Source: a bacterium (GTDB taxonomy: Bacteria > Patescibacteriota > Minisyncoccia > Minisyncoccales > JAUYFS01). From it: DNA of 40,756 bases. Position numbers and translations under genes: made by a program. The notes beneath the pieces were generated by a model. It was not told the origin of the DNA, ran no database searches, and worked only from the letters and a program-made list of their open reading frames with translations. This document shows, in pieces, positions 33,141 through 40,756 of the stretch. How positions within the stretch are numbered: position 1 is the first letter of the stretch; each line of letters opens with the position of its first letter. The stretch is taken from the NCBI GenBank assembly GCA_030689665.1, contig JAUYFS010000002.1, positions 1 through 40,756 of the forward strand, read 5' to 3'.

Positions 33141-34454
33141 TTAAAAGTTTTTTATTTTTTTATTGAGCAGCAAAAACAAAAGGCAAAATTCAAATATGGA
33201 AGAAATGGTAAATGCCAACGCCAATCCGTAAATTCTTTCAGCGCCGATAAAAAAATAAAACAAAAAGAAAACAGACAATAAAACATTTATCGCAACGCCC
33301 AAGAAAGTGGCAATGGTCGGAATTTTCGTGTCATGAAGGGCAAAAAACGCGCGCACCACCAAAGAGTACAAAGAATTAAAAACAATGCTTACACTGAAAA
33401 TTTTCAAAAGCATGGCGGTAAGTTCCACTGAAACCAAAGAAAATTTTCCGGTCATCAAAATAATTTTTATTATCGGAGTGCTGAAAATAAAAAGAATCAA
33501 GGCCAGCGGCGCGGTCAATAAAATAATTTTTTCAAATGAATACCAAAAGCTTTTTAAAAATTCTTTGATATTCTCAATATTGGAATTTTTAGCCAAAAGC
33601 GGAAATACTGCTGTTGATATTGAAAAAGCGACAATTTGTTGGGGCATCAATTGCAAGTTATTGGAAAAACTAAAAACGGAAATTGCGCCGGCGCCCAAAA
33701 AAGAAGCCAAGGCGGTCATAACAATCCAATTCAGCTGGGCGGCGCTGGAACTTAAAACTCTGGGAATCATCAGTTTAAAAATCTTTTTCATTTGTTTGTC
33801 CTTAAAATCAACTAAAAAGCTGTATCTGAAACCGCATTGATAAATTGAAGGAATTTTCGTTATCAAAAATAAAAAGGCGCCAAAAACCACGCCCAGAGTA
33901 ACTCCAAAAATGCCATATTTAGGAGCCAAATATAAAATCCCAAAAATTATTCCCAAATTATAAAAAACAGGTCCCAACCCATAAACTAAAAATCTGTGGA
34001 AGTGATTTAAAATTGAGGAAAAAAGATTTGCAACTCCGAAAATTATCGGGCTTAAAAACAAAATTCTCGTCAAAAAAATAGCCATGGATTTTTGCTCAAT
34101 TGAAAATCCCGGAGCGACAAATTGTATTAAAATTGGGGACAACAAAAACAAAAAAATTGAACCAAGAACCAAAAATATAAAAAAAATGTTCAGAACATTG
34201 TTGGCCAATCGCCACGCGCTTTGTTCATTTTCTTTGAATTCTTGCGCAAAAACCGGCAAAAAAGCGACTAAAATTCCTCCGCCAATAATTATGGCGTAAA
34301 TAAAATCAGGAATTCTGAAAGCCGCGTAATAAATATCCAGCTCGCCGCTTGCCCCGAACCGTCCGGCCAATAATCTGTCCCTTAACAATCCCAATAAAAC
34401 GCTTATGGCGCTCGTTATTATTAAAATAATGGAACCTTGCTTTATGATTTTCAT
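33141..34454 (-). CDS. murJ: Lipid II flippase MurJ (MviN family), short form
   Basis: 437 aa polytopic membrane protein. N-terminal LLGLLRDRLLAGRFGASGELDIYYAAFRIPDF is the characteristic MurJ start. Confidence 0.85.
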   Translation of the reverse strand: MKIIKQGSIILIITSAISVLLGLLRDRLLAGRFGASGELDIYYAAFRIPDFIYAIIIGGGILVAFLPVFAQEFKENEQSAWRLANNVLNIFFIFLVLGSIFLFLLSPILIQFVAPGFSIEQKSMAIFLTRILFLSPIIFGVANLFSSILNHFHRFLVYGLGPVFYNLGIIFGILYLAPKYGIFGVTLGVVFGAFLFLITKIPSIYQCGFRYSFLVDFKDKQMKKIFKLMIPRVLSSSAAQLNWIVMTALASFLGAGAISVFSFSNNLQLMPQQIVAFSISTAVFPLLAKNSNIENIKEFLKSFWYSFEKIILLTAPLALILFIFSTPIIKIILMTGKFSLVSVELTAMLLKIFSVSIVFNSLYSLVVRAFFALHDTKIPTIATFLGVAINVLLSVFFLFYFFIGAERIYGLALAFTISSIFEFCLLFLLLNKKIKNF

Positions 34455-34524
34455 TTAAAATCGTTGAATTCTAAGTATTTTATCATCAAAAATCGTTTCT
34501 CGGCAAATTTAACATTGTATTTTT

Positions 34525-34581
34525 AAAAAATAAAACCCTCCCAACTTTTTGGTTTGCTGCCAAACCAAAAAGTTGGGAGGG
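34525..34581 (-). terminator. Strong intrinsic terminator after RNase P RNA
   Basis: Minus strand reads CCCTCCCAACTTTTTGGTTTG-GCAG-CAAACCAAAAAGTTGGGAGGG: a perfect 21-bp stem, followed by TTTTATTTTTT. Confidence 0.8.
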
Positions 34582-34583
34582 TG

Positions 34584-34925
34584 AACCGGGTGGGTTATAA
34601 GCCGGATTCTGTCGTCGATAAATCGGACTGGCAATCATTTTTCTGGTTCCGACATTGCTGTCGGAATCAAGCGGCCTACTTTTTTCTTCCGAAGAAGTTT
34701 GGCCTTGCACCCAAGTAAGGATTTAGCCGTTTCAATTCCGATGTTTCCATCGGAACTCACCCCAAAGGGTGTCCTGAATTTTTCAATTCAAGACGTCTCT
34801 GTTCGCACCTCTCATCTTGCGATGGACGGGAATTACCCGCTACCATTGCCCCAATTTTCATTAAAGCTAGGTGTCCGGACTTTCCTCTCCTGATAAATCA
34901 AGAGCGATTGCCTACCCACCCGGTT
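34584..34925 (-). ncRNA. rnpB: RNase P RNA, bacterial type A
   Basis: Minus strand contains the P4 halves GAGAGGAAAGTCCGGAC and ACAGAATCCGGCTTA, plus GCGAACAGAGAC, GGTGCAAGGCCAAA, and a P1 stem AACCGGGTGGGT / ACCCACCCGGTT. The ends are approximate. Confidence 0.9.
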
Positions 34926-34973
34926 TGCCCTCCTAGATTTTTCAGAGAAAAATTTGGGAGGGTTGTATTATCA

Positions 34974-35002
34974 ATAATACAATTACTGAATAATATTGTC
35001 AA
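34974..35002 (-). promoter_or_regulatory. Sigma70-type promoter for rnpB, overlapping the ppaC stop codon
   Basis: Minus strand has TTGACA (35002..34997), a 17-nt spacer, then TATTAT (34979..34974). Confidence 0.5.
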
Positions 35003-35907
35003 GATTTAAAATACTCGTCCAGGGGCGGAATAATTTGTTTTTTGCGCGACATCATTCCGTCAATCCAAGCTGATTTTTCTTTTAATTTTATATTGAAAAT
35101 TTTCTCAATTTTTTCCTCTTGGCCTTCAATAAAAAATTCGCTTCCCTCTTTCAAAATATCAGTTGCCGCGAAAATCAAACAATCATAACCTTTTTCTTGT
35201 TTCACTTGTTCCATTGCCGTGTTTATTTCCAATTTCCTTTCTTTTAAAAATGCCTCTATCCCAACAATTTCAATTTGGCCTATGCCAAATTTTTTGGCGC
35301 CAAAAATAAATTCCTTAAAATCCCTTAAAATCAATTCTTTTGCCGGTTTGTCCAAATCCATTCCCGCTTGTTTAATTTCTTTGCCAAATTTTTCCAAGTC
35401 AAAATTCAATTTTTTGTTTAATTTCTCTGCTGTTTTTTTGTCTTTTTCAGTTGTTGTCGGAGATTTAAAAATAACAGTGTCTGAAAGAATTGAACAAAGC
35501 AAAATACCGGCAATGTTGTCGGGAATTTCCATATTTTCGCTGAAAAATTTTTCCGCAATTATTGTTGCCGTGGAACCAACCGCTTCTGAAATGAAATTTA
35601 TCGGCTCTGGATAGGAAAAATTGATTTTGTGATGGTCTATAACTTCAATTATTTTCGGGCTGCCGTCAATTATTTGTTCTTTTTCATTATGGTCAACCAA
35701 AACCAGTTGTTTTCCGTCAGCGTTTTCCAATAATTCCGGTTCCGGAAAACCGAATTTTTCCAGAACAAATTTTGTTTCCGGATTAATATCGCCGGCGCGA
35801 GCTGGTTTAACTTCCCAACCACTTTTTTCCTTTAAAAAATAAGTAAGGGCTATTGCAGAACAGATTGAATCAGTATCCGGGTTTTTGTGGCCTATTATGT
35901 AAATCAT
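34999..35907 (-). CDS. ppaC: Manganese-dependent inorganic pyrophosphatase (family II, DHH)
   Basis: 302 aa. MIYIIGHKNPDTDSICSAIA, the DHH motif VIDHHK, and C-terminal SRKKQIIP. Confidence 0.9.
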   Translation of the reverse strand: MIYIIGHKNPDTDSICSAIALTYFLKEKSGWEVKPARAGDINPETKFVLEKFGFPEPELLENADGKQLVLVDHNEKEQIIDGSPKIIEVIDHHKINFSYPEPINFISEAVGSTATIIAEKFFSENMEIPDNIAGILLCSILSDTVIFKSPTTTEKDKKTAEKLNKKLNFDLEKFGKEIKQAGMDLDKPAKELILRDFKEFIFGAKKFGIGQIEIVGIEAFLKERKLEINTAMEQVKQEKGYDCLIFAATDILKEGSEFFIEGQEEKIEKIFNIKLKEKSAWIDGMMSRKKQIIPPLDEYFKS

Positions 35908-35915
35908 AGTTTTTT

Positions 35916-36025
35916 ACCCTCCCAAATTTTTGTTTTTTCCAAAAAAGAAAGGGTGAATTTAATTTTTTTTAATTTTGGCATCGCCCCGCAATTTTGACTT
36001 GTATAAGTCAAAAACTTGGGAGGGT
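35916..36025 (-). promoter_or_regulatory. Composite hairpin upstream of ppaC; the SD arm has two alternative anti-SD partners
   Basis: Minus strand: ACCCTCCCAAGTTTTTGAC (36025..36007, inside the end of rnhA) pairs with the 3' arm CAAAAATTTGGGAGGGT (35932..35916). A second AAATTCACCCTTTC copy lies at about 35965..35952. A local hairpin TTTTGACTT-ATAC-AAGTCAAAA (36013..35992) competes for part of the distal arm. The 3' arm is followed by AAAAAACT and ATG. Confidence 0.45.
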
Positions 36026-36466
36026 GAATTTATTTTTTTGTTGGCTGTCTAATTCCTGATTTACTAGATAATCCGCCTCTTTATTTTCTTCCCTTGAAAT
36101 GTGTTTTATTTTGAAAACAGGAAGTTCAACTTTTAAATTCCAGGCCTCTAAAAATAATCTCTGGATTTCCGGGTCTAAAATTTTATATCTCCCGTTTAAT
36201 TGCTCCACCAAAAGCTGGGAATCGGAAAAAACTTCTATTTCCAGCTCTTTTATTTTTGCTTTTCCAAAAATCAATTTTATTTTTTTAAGGGCAAAAACAA
36301 GGGCGCTATATTCTGCTATATTATTGGTTTCTGTCCCCAGAAATTGGCTGTATTTTTTTATCGCATTCCCTTTTTGGTTTTTAATAACAACCCCAAGAGC
36401 TGCTGGACCGGGATTTCCTCTGGCCCCTCCGTCTATAAAAATTTCTATTTTTTCTTTTTTTGTCAT
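36008..36466 (-). CDS. rnhA: Ribonuclease HI
   Basis: 152 aa. IFIDGGARGNPGPAALGVVI, NNIAEYSAL, VFSDSQLLV and NKEADYL match the DEDD pattern. The start overlaps the upstream stop (ATGA). Confidence 0.85.
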   Translation of the reverse strand: MTKKEKIEIFIDGGARGNPGPAALGVVIKNQKGNAIKKYSQFLGTETNNIAEYSALVFALKKIKLIFGKAKIKELEIEVFSDSQLLVEQLNGRYKILDPEIQRLFLEAWNLKVELPVFKIKHISREENKEADYLVNQELDSQQKNKFTLPSF

Positions 36467-37665
36467 TTTTTTAAGGTAATAAAATAATTTTCCAATTCTT
36501 CTCTTATTTTTTCCAGATTTTCTTTTTTTGAAGAAAATCCCGCAGCTGCCTTGTGACCGCCGAAATTTTCCAAAAATTCCTCAACTGATTTTAACGCCTC
36601 AATGCTGTCAAGATTATGAGGAACTCTAACCGCTCCCTTGGCAAGGTCGTTATTTAAAGAAACAATAAATGTCGGTTTTTTATAATATCCGCAAATTTTT
36701 GAAGCGATTGAGCCGGTAAAAGAAACCGGGCATTTTTTGCTGATAGCAAAAACAATTTCAGAATTTATTTCATTTTCTCTCCTTCTTTCTTTTATAATTT
36801 CTTCCACAAAATTATTCAACTCCTCTTTTCTTTTTTTTTGGTCGCTAATCAATTCATCTGCCAATTCACGGGCTTTGCCGGAATTTTTGGCGTTTAAAAT
36901 TCTGTAAGTTCCGGTAAGATGATATTTACATTTTGTGATATTTAAAATTGAAATGATTTTCTGGATTTTGGGCCTGATGAATCTTTCATTTGTTTCCGTT
37001 TTTTGGCTAATAATTCTTAAGCCCTTTCTTTGGTCTTCCGGGAATAATTCAAGCCCCTTATCAATTAAAAACTGGTTTATTGAATCAACCTTCATCATGT
37101 CGGCAATCGTGGCAATCATTGTTAAAACAATGTGGCTATTGAATAAAGTTTCAAAATCTTTTTCTTTTGTCTTCAATTCTTTCAAGAGTATTCTTGTTAA
37201 ATAAAAAATCAATCCGGCGTTTGCCAAATTAAAAAAATCTTGCGGGTTCTCGGCGTCTTTGGTGTCAATAACCACATCTGCTTGGGGTTTTTGGGACATT
37301 ACTTCGTGGTGGTCAATAATCCAAACCCTGAATCCCATTTTTTTGGCCAAAGAGGTTTCTTTGAAATTGGTTATGCCGCAATCAAGAGAAATTAAAATTC
37401 CCGGAGCGTATTTTGATAAATACAATAGTGATTTTTCATTGATTCCATAACCCTCTTTTTCTCTGTCAGGAAAAAAAATTTTGGCAATCTTTGCTCCCAA
37501 GAAATTCAAAACTTCTTCCAAAATGACTACTGAGGCTGAACCGTCCAAATCAGCGTCGCCGTAAAGAATAATTTTTTCTTTTTTATCAATCGCTTCTTTA
37601 ATTAGTTTTAAAAACTCGGGAACTCCTTTTATTTCGTAAAATTTGTCAAAGTTTAAAGAATCCAT
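36463..37665 (-). CDS. RecJ-like DHH/DHHA1 phosphoesterase
   Basis: Contains DADLDGSAS, IIDHHEV (DHH) and GGHKAAAGF (DHHA1). It is shorter than canonical RecJ. I use the ATG at 37665; the tracked start at 37671 is a TTG. Confidence 0.75.
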   Translation of the reverse strand: MDSLNFDKFYEIKGVPEFLKLIKEAIDKKEKIILYGDADLDGSASVVILEEVLNFLGAKIAKIFFPDREKEGYGINEKSLLYLSKYAPGILISLDCGITNFKETSLAKKMGFRVWIIDHHEVMSQKPQADVVIDTKDAENPQDFFNLANAGLIFYLTRILLKELKTKEKDFETLFNSHIVLTMIATIADMMKVDSINQFLIDKGLELFPEDQRKGLRIISQKTETNERFIRPKIQKIISILNITKCKYHLTGTYRILNAKNSGKARELADELISDQKKRKEELNNFVEEIIKERRRENEINSEIVFAISKKCPVSFTGSIASKICGYYKKPTFIVSLNNDLAKGAVRVPHNLDSIEALKSVEEFLENFGGHKAAAGFSSKKENLEKIREELENYFITLKK

Positions 37666-37674
37666 ATTCAAAAT

Positions 37675-38775
37675 TTAATCTTCCAAAGCGTTTAACCCAG
37701 TCAATTTTCCGTCAACAATATAATCCAAAAGCGCGCCGCCGCCAGTAGAAAGATGGCTAAAACCCTTGTCTCTTAATCTTAATTGTCGCAGGGTAAAAAG
37801 CAAGCTTCCTCCGCCTATAATTGAATTTGCCGTTTTGTTTTTTAAAACACTTTCGGCGATTGCTCCTGTGCCGTTGGAGAATTCATCATTTTCTGTTTTT
37901 CCCAAAGAACCTGTCCAAAATATTTTTTTGGCTGTGGAAATATAATCGCTGAATAATTTCTGGGTTTCCGGGCCTATGTCCGGAATTTCCGTCTTTTTAT
38001 CAATCTCGCTGAATTTTTCCACGCTAATGCCGCCTTTGTCAGAAGAAACAACCACATCAACTGGGGTTATAATTTTTGCGTTGCCAATCAAAGCTGAAGG
38101 CAAATTTCTGGCAACAATTCCACTTGTCAAAATAAAGTCAGCCATTTCCAAAACTTTTTCCAAAAAAATCACTTTTTCTTCTTTTATTCCGCCAATAATA
38201 AAAATCGCCGGCTTTTCTTCGCTTTTCATAAAATCATTGATTGACTTAAGCTCCTTCTCAAAAAGCAAGCCGATTCCTTTTTCCATAAAAAATTTAGCAA
38301 TGCCAACAATAGAAGAATGCTCCCTGTGAGAAGCGCTAAAAGCGTCGTTTATGTAAATATCTCCCAATTTTGAGAGGTTTTGCGAGAAAATCAGTTCGTT
38401 TTTTTCTTCTTCAGTCCAAAATCTCAAATTTTCCAAGAGCAAAATTTCTCCGGGATTAAGTTTGTTGGACATTTCTTCAATTTTTTCGCTGTAATAACTG
38501 TCAACCTTGCATATTTTAAAACCCAATTTTTCAGAAAAAACTTTTCCAATTTTGTCCATTTTCAAATTTTCAACAACATTGCCGTCAGGCCTTCCCAAGT
38601 GGCTCATTAAAACAATTTTTGCCTTATTTTTCACCAAAAAATCAAGGGTCGGAACAATTGCCCTAATTCTAAAATCGTCCAAAATTTCTCCTGTTTCTTC
38701 GTCTATCGGAACATTCAAATCTCCCCTGAGTAAAACTCTTTTTTTGTTCAAATCAAAATCTTTTAAAAATTTCAT
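37675..38775 (-). CDS. pgk: Phosphoglycerate kinase
   Basis: 366 aa. RGDLNVPIDEE...RIRAIVPTL, SHLGRP, and C-terminal STGGGALLDY. Confidence 0.93.
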   Translation of the reverse strand: MKFLKDFDLNKKRVLLRGDLNVPIDEETGEILDDFRIRAIVPTLDFLVKNKAKIVLMSHLGRPDGNVVENLKMDKIGKVFSEKLGFKICKVDSYYSEKIEEMSNKLNPGEILLLENLRFWTEEEKNELIFSQNLSKLGDIYINDAFSASHREHSSIVGIAKFFMEKGIGLLFEKELKSINDFMKSEEKPAIFIIGGIKEEKVIFLEKVLEMADFILTSGIVARNLPSALIGNAKIITPVDVVVSSDKGGISVEKFSEIDKKTEIPDIGPETQKLFSDYISTAKKIFWTGSLGKTENDEFSNGTGAIAESVLKNKTANSIIGGGSLLFTLRQLRLRDKGFSHLSTGGGALLDYIVDGKLTGLNALED

Positions 38776-38788
38776 AAAATTTTTTAAA

Positions 38789-40330
38789 TTAAATAATCGG
38801 CCTGTCTAAAAAATCTTTTAAGGTTTCTTTTAATTTTTCAATTCTTGATTCCTTTTCTTTGTCTTCAATTCTTTCAACCCCCTTAAATCTTTCTTTCGGC
38901 GCTTCTTTGATTTCTTCGCTCTGCTGTCTTTTCATGCAAGATTTGCAATAAACGGGCAACCCGGGTTTGGGAAGAAACGGCACTTTTATTTTTTTGCCGC
39001 AAAGAACGCAGGTCGTATCGTAAAGATTAAAAGCAAGCGGCGCTTCCCCTCTGGTAACAATATCAGAAGCCCATCTTATTATTTTTTCTTCCACCTTTAA
39101 TCTGTTGGTGGCATATCTTTCTCTGCATGATTTTATTATTTTTTCTCTGTGTGAAGCTTCCGGAGCTTCAAAAAGCGGCAAAGAAGTGATTGAAAAGGGC
39201 CTGGTTGTGATTCCATTAACCATTACTTTCGCGCACATCTGGTATTTTGACAAATTAACCATATCAAGAACGGTAAATTCCGGGCTGAATTCTTTTTCTA
39301 AAAATTCCGCGTCTTCGGCGCCAACCCTAAAAATAACAAGACTGCCAACATTGCCAAAAACAGCGTCTTTCACTGACAATTCCATCTGGGTAATATATTG
39401 GTGGGCTAAAATTAAATTCAGCCGGTATTTTCTGGCTTCTGATAAAATATTGACAAAAGATTCCGTGGCAAAATTCTGAAATTCATCAACATATAAAAAG
39501 AAATCTTTTCTTTCTTCTTCTTTGACATTAACTCTGGACATCGCGGAAAATTGAAGTTTGGTGATTAAAAGAGCTCCCAGCAAACGGGACGCGTCTTCTC
39601 CGATTTTTCCTTTTGACAAATTGATTATCAAAATTTTTCCGTTGTCCATAACATCTCTCATGTCAAAAGAGGTCTTTACTTGACCGACAATGTTTCTGAT
39701 TAACGGAGAAGCTATAAACTGGCCAATTTTGTTTTGTATGGCCGCGGTTGCTTCCATTTCATATCTCTGCGTGTATCTGGCAAATTCTTTTTCCCAAAAC
39801 GCCCTGATAATCGGGTCTTTTAGTTTTTCGGTAACATCTTTTCTGAAATCCGGGTCTGAAAGCATTCTGTGAATTCCCAAAAGCGTTGAACCCTTGTATT
39901 CCAAAAGCGCCAAAATCGCATTGTTTAAAATATATTCCATTCTGGCTGACCAGACATCGGGCCAGATTTTTTTAAAAACACTCATCAGTCCGCTGGCAAC
40001 CAAATGCCGGTCTTCAACAGCGACATCTTCCATAATATTAAAAGCAATCGGGTATTCTATGTCAGCCGGATTTATGTAAATAACATCGTTTATTCTTTTA
40101 GCCGGAATATAGTCCAAAAGTTCTTCGCACGCTTCCCCGTGCGGGTCTAAAAAAGCCAAACCATGTCCGTTGCGAATATCTTGGATAGCCAGATTTTTTA
40201 TCAGCGTAGTTTTCCCGACTCCGGTTTTACCCATAACATAAAAATGCCTTCGGCGGTCATCCAATTTAATTCCGATTTTTTTCTGAACATCCCTGAAATT
40301 TGTTTTTCCAAAAAAAGTGATTTCTTCCAT
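38789..40330 (-). CDS. TraD/VirD4-like (type IV coupling protein-like) P-loop ATPase, no TM segment, with a C-terminal CxxC...CxxC zinc ribbon
   Basis: 513 aa. Walker A GKTGVGKTT, Walker B FFLYVDEFQNF, and ILAHQY. The zinc ribbon is CVLCGKKIKVPFLPKPGLPVYCKSC, followed by a charged tail. Confidence 0.78.
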   Translation of the reverse strand: MEEITFFGKTNFRDVQKKIGIKLDDRRRHFYVMGKTGVGKTTLIKNLAIQDIRNGHGLAFLDPHGEACEELLDYIPAKRINDVIYINPADIEYPIAFNIMEDVAVEDRHLVASGLMSVFKKIWPDVWSARMEYILNNAILALLEYKGSTLLGIHRMLSDPDFRKDVTEKLKDPIIRAFWEKEFARYTQRYEMEATAAIQNKIGQFIASPLIRNIVGQVKTSFDMRDVMDNGKILIINLSKGKIGEDASRLLGALLITKLQFSAMSRVNVKEEERKDFFLYVDEFQNFATESFVNILSEARKYRLNLILAHQYITQMELSVKDAVFGNVGSLVIFRVGAEDAEFLEKEFSPEFTVLDMVNLSKYQMCAKVMVNGITTRPFSITSLPLFEAPEASHREKIIKSCRERYATNRLKVEEKIIRWASDIVTRGEAPLAFNLYDTTCVLCGKKIKVPFLPKPGLPVYCKSCMKRQQSEEIKEAPKERFKGVERIEDKEKESRIEKLKETLKDFLDRPII

Positions 40331-40345
40331 AAAAAATAGAATAAA

Positions 40346-40756
40346 TTATCCGAACGGAACCTCCGGGGGCACTTCCACTTTCTTTGCCTGGACTCTGGGA
40401 ATATACGGGCCCGGAGAAACGCTTTTGCTCGGAAAATGAAAAATAGAAGCGATTTCTTCGCTGTTAAAAAATAAAGTTCCTCCGGGATAAGGACTAAGCG
40501 GCCACTGCCTTTTTCTATATCTTCTAAGTAAAGCTCTTTTTCTGGCAAATACTCTTCTTGGTTTCATAAAATAAACAATTTTGGTAAAAGTCGGCTTAAA
40601 GGGCAAAAAACCGTTCATATTTGAAATGGCAAATTGGCTGGCAAAAGAAAAAGGTATCCTGATTTGCGGCTTGAAAAAAACATCCTTTTTGGCAACATAC
40701 ATAATTCTAAAACAGCTTTTAAAAATTGGCTTTGACATTTTTTCTTCAACAGACCT
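40346..40756 (-). CDS. Partial ORF (C-terminal part), partner protein upstream of the coupling-protein-like ATPase
   Basis: The frame stays open to the window edge. The C-terminal segment NSEEIASIFHFPS...IPRVQAKKVEVPPEVPFG ends 15 nt before the ATPase start. Confidence 0.5.
   Translation of the reverse strand, partial: RSVEEKMSKPIFKSCFRIMYVAKKDVFFKPQIRIPFSFASQFAISNMNGFLPFKPTFTKIVYFMKPRRVFARKRALLRRYRKRQWPLSPYPGGTLFFNSEEIASIFHFPSKSVSPGPYIPRVQAKKVEVPPEVPFG

Noticed and set aside
34486-34893. ORFs 34486..34710 (-) and 34699..34893 (+)
   Set aside because: Both lie inside the RNase P RNA gene and its terminator.
40201-40548. 115-aa minus-strand ORF overlapping both the ATPase start and the partner ORF end
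   Set aside because: It is an alternative frame overlapping two better-supported genes, with no recognisable motifs.
1-40756. CRISPR arrays, transposases, integrases, rRNA genes
   Set aside because: I saw no regularly spaced direct repeats, no DDE or tyrosine-recombinase-like ORFs, and no rRNA-like sequence. The repeats present are hairpin elements and one pair of 147-bp direct repeats.

Overview
AT-rich bacterial window (about 40.8 kb), tightly packed, with almost every gene on the minus strand. Most of it is core machinery. In minus-strand reading order from the high-coordinate end: a partial membrane-partner ORF, a TraD/VirD4-like ATPase, pgk, a RecJ-like DHH protein, rnhA, ppaC, RNase P RNA, murJ, lepA, ftsB, tRNA-Gly, tRNA-Thr, prfB (programmed +1 frameshift), ftsE, ftsX and tRNA-Gln. 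Next comes a small accessory stretch (about 24.0-27.6 kb): an NYN nuclease gene bracketed by 147-bp direct repeats, a TPR protein, two small unknown proteins, hpf and an NYN gene remnant. Then follow an ABC exporter, an HD hydrolase (the only clear plus-strand gene), a 309-aa unknown, an FKBP isomerase, a CcdA-like protein, ftsZ, galU, trxB, an MBL-fold hydrolase, gyrA (interrupted by a 391-aa HNH intein), rpoB, rpoC, ftsK, a hypothetical protein and recA (partial). Gene content and protein styles suggest a reduced-genome lineage such as Patescibacteria/CPR; this is inference only. UGA acts as a stop codon, shown by the RF2 frameshift site. The unusual signals are mostly at the RNA/DNA level: (1) tRNA-Thr sits at the tip of a perfect 24-bp inverted repeat inside a cloverleaf-like GC-rich scaffold; (2) a short GC-rich hairpin element family is inserted in-frame into rpoC and trxB in different reading frames, and also occurs between genes; (3) a hairpin family with conserved ends and variable stems buries the Shine-Dalgarno sequence of three genes; (4) there are several GC-rich structured elements and promoter-plus-terminator mini-transcripts of unknown function. 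No CRISPR array, transposase or integrase was seen.
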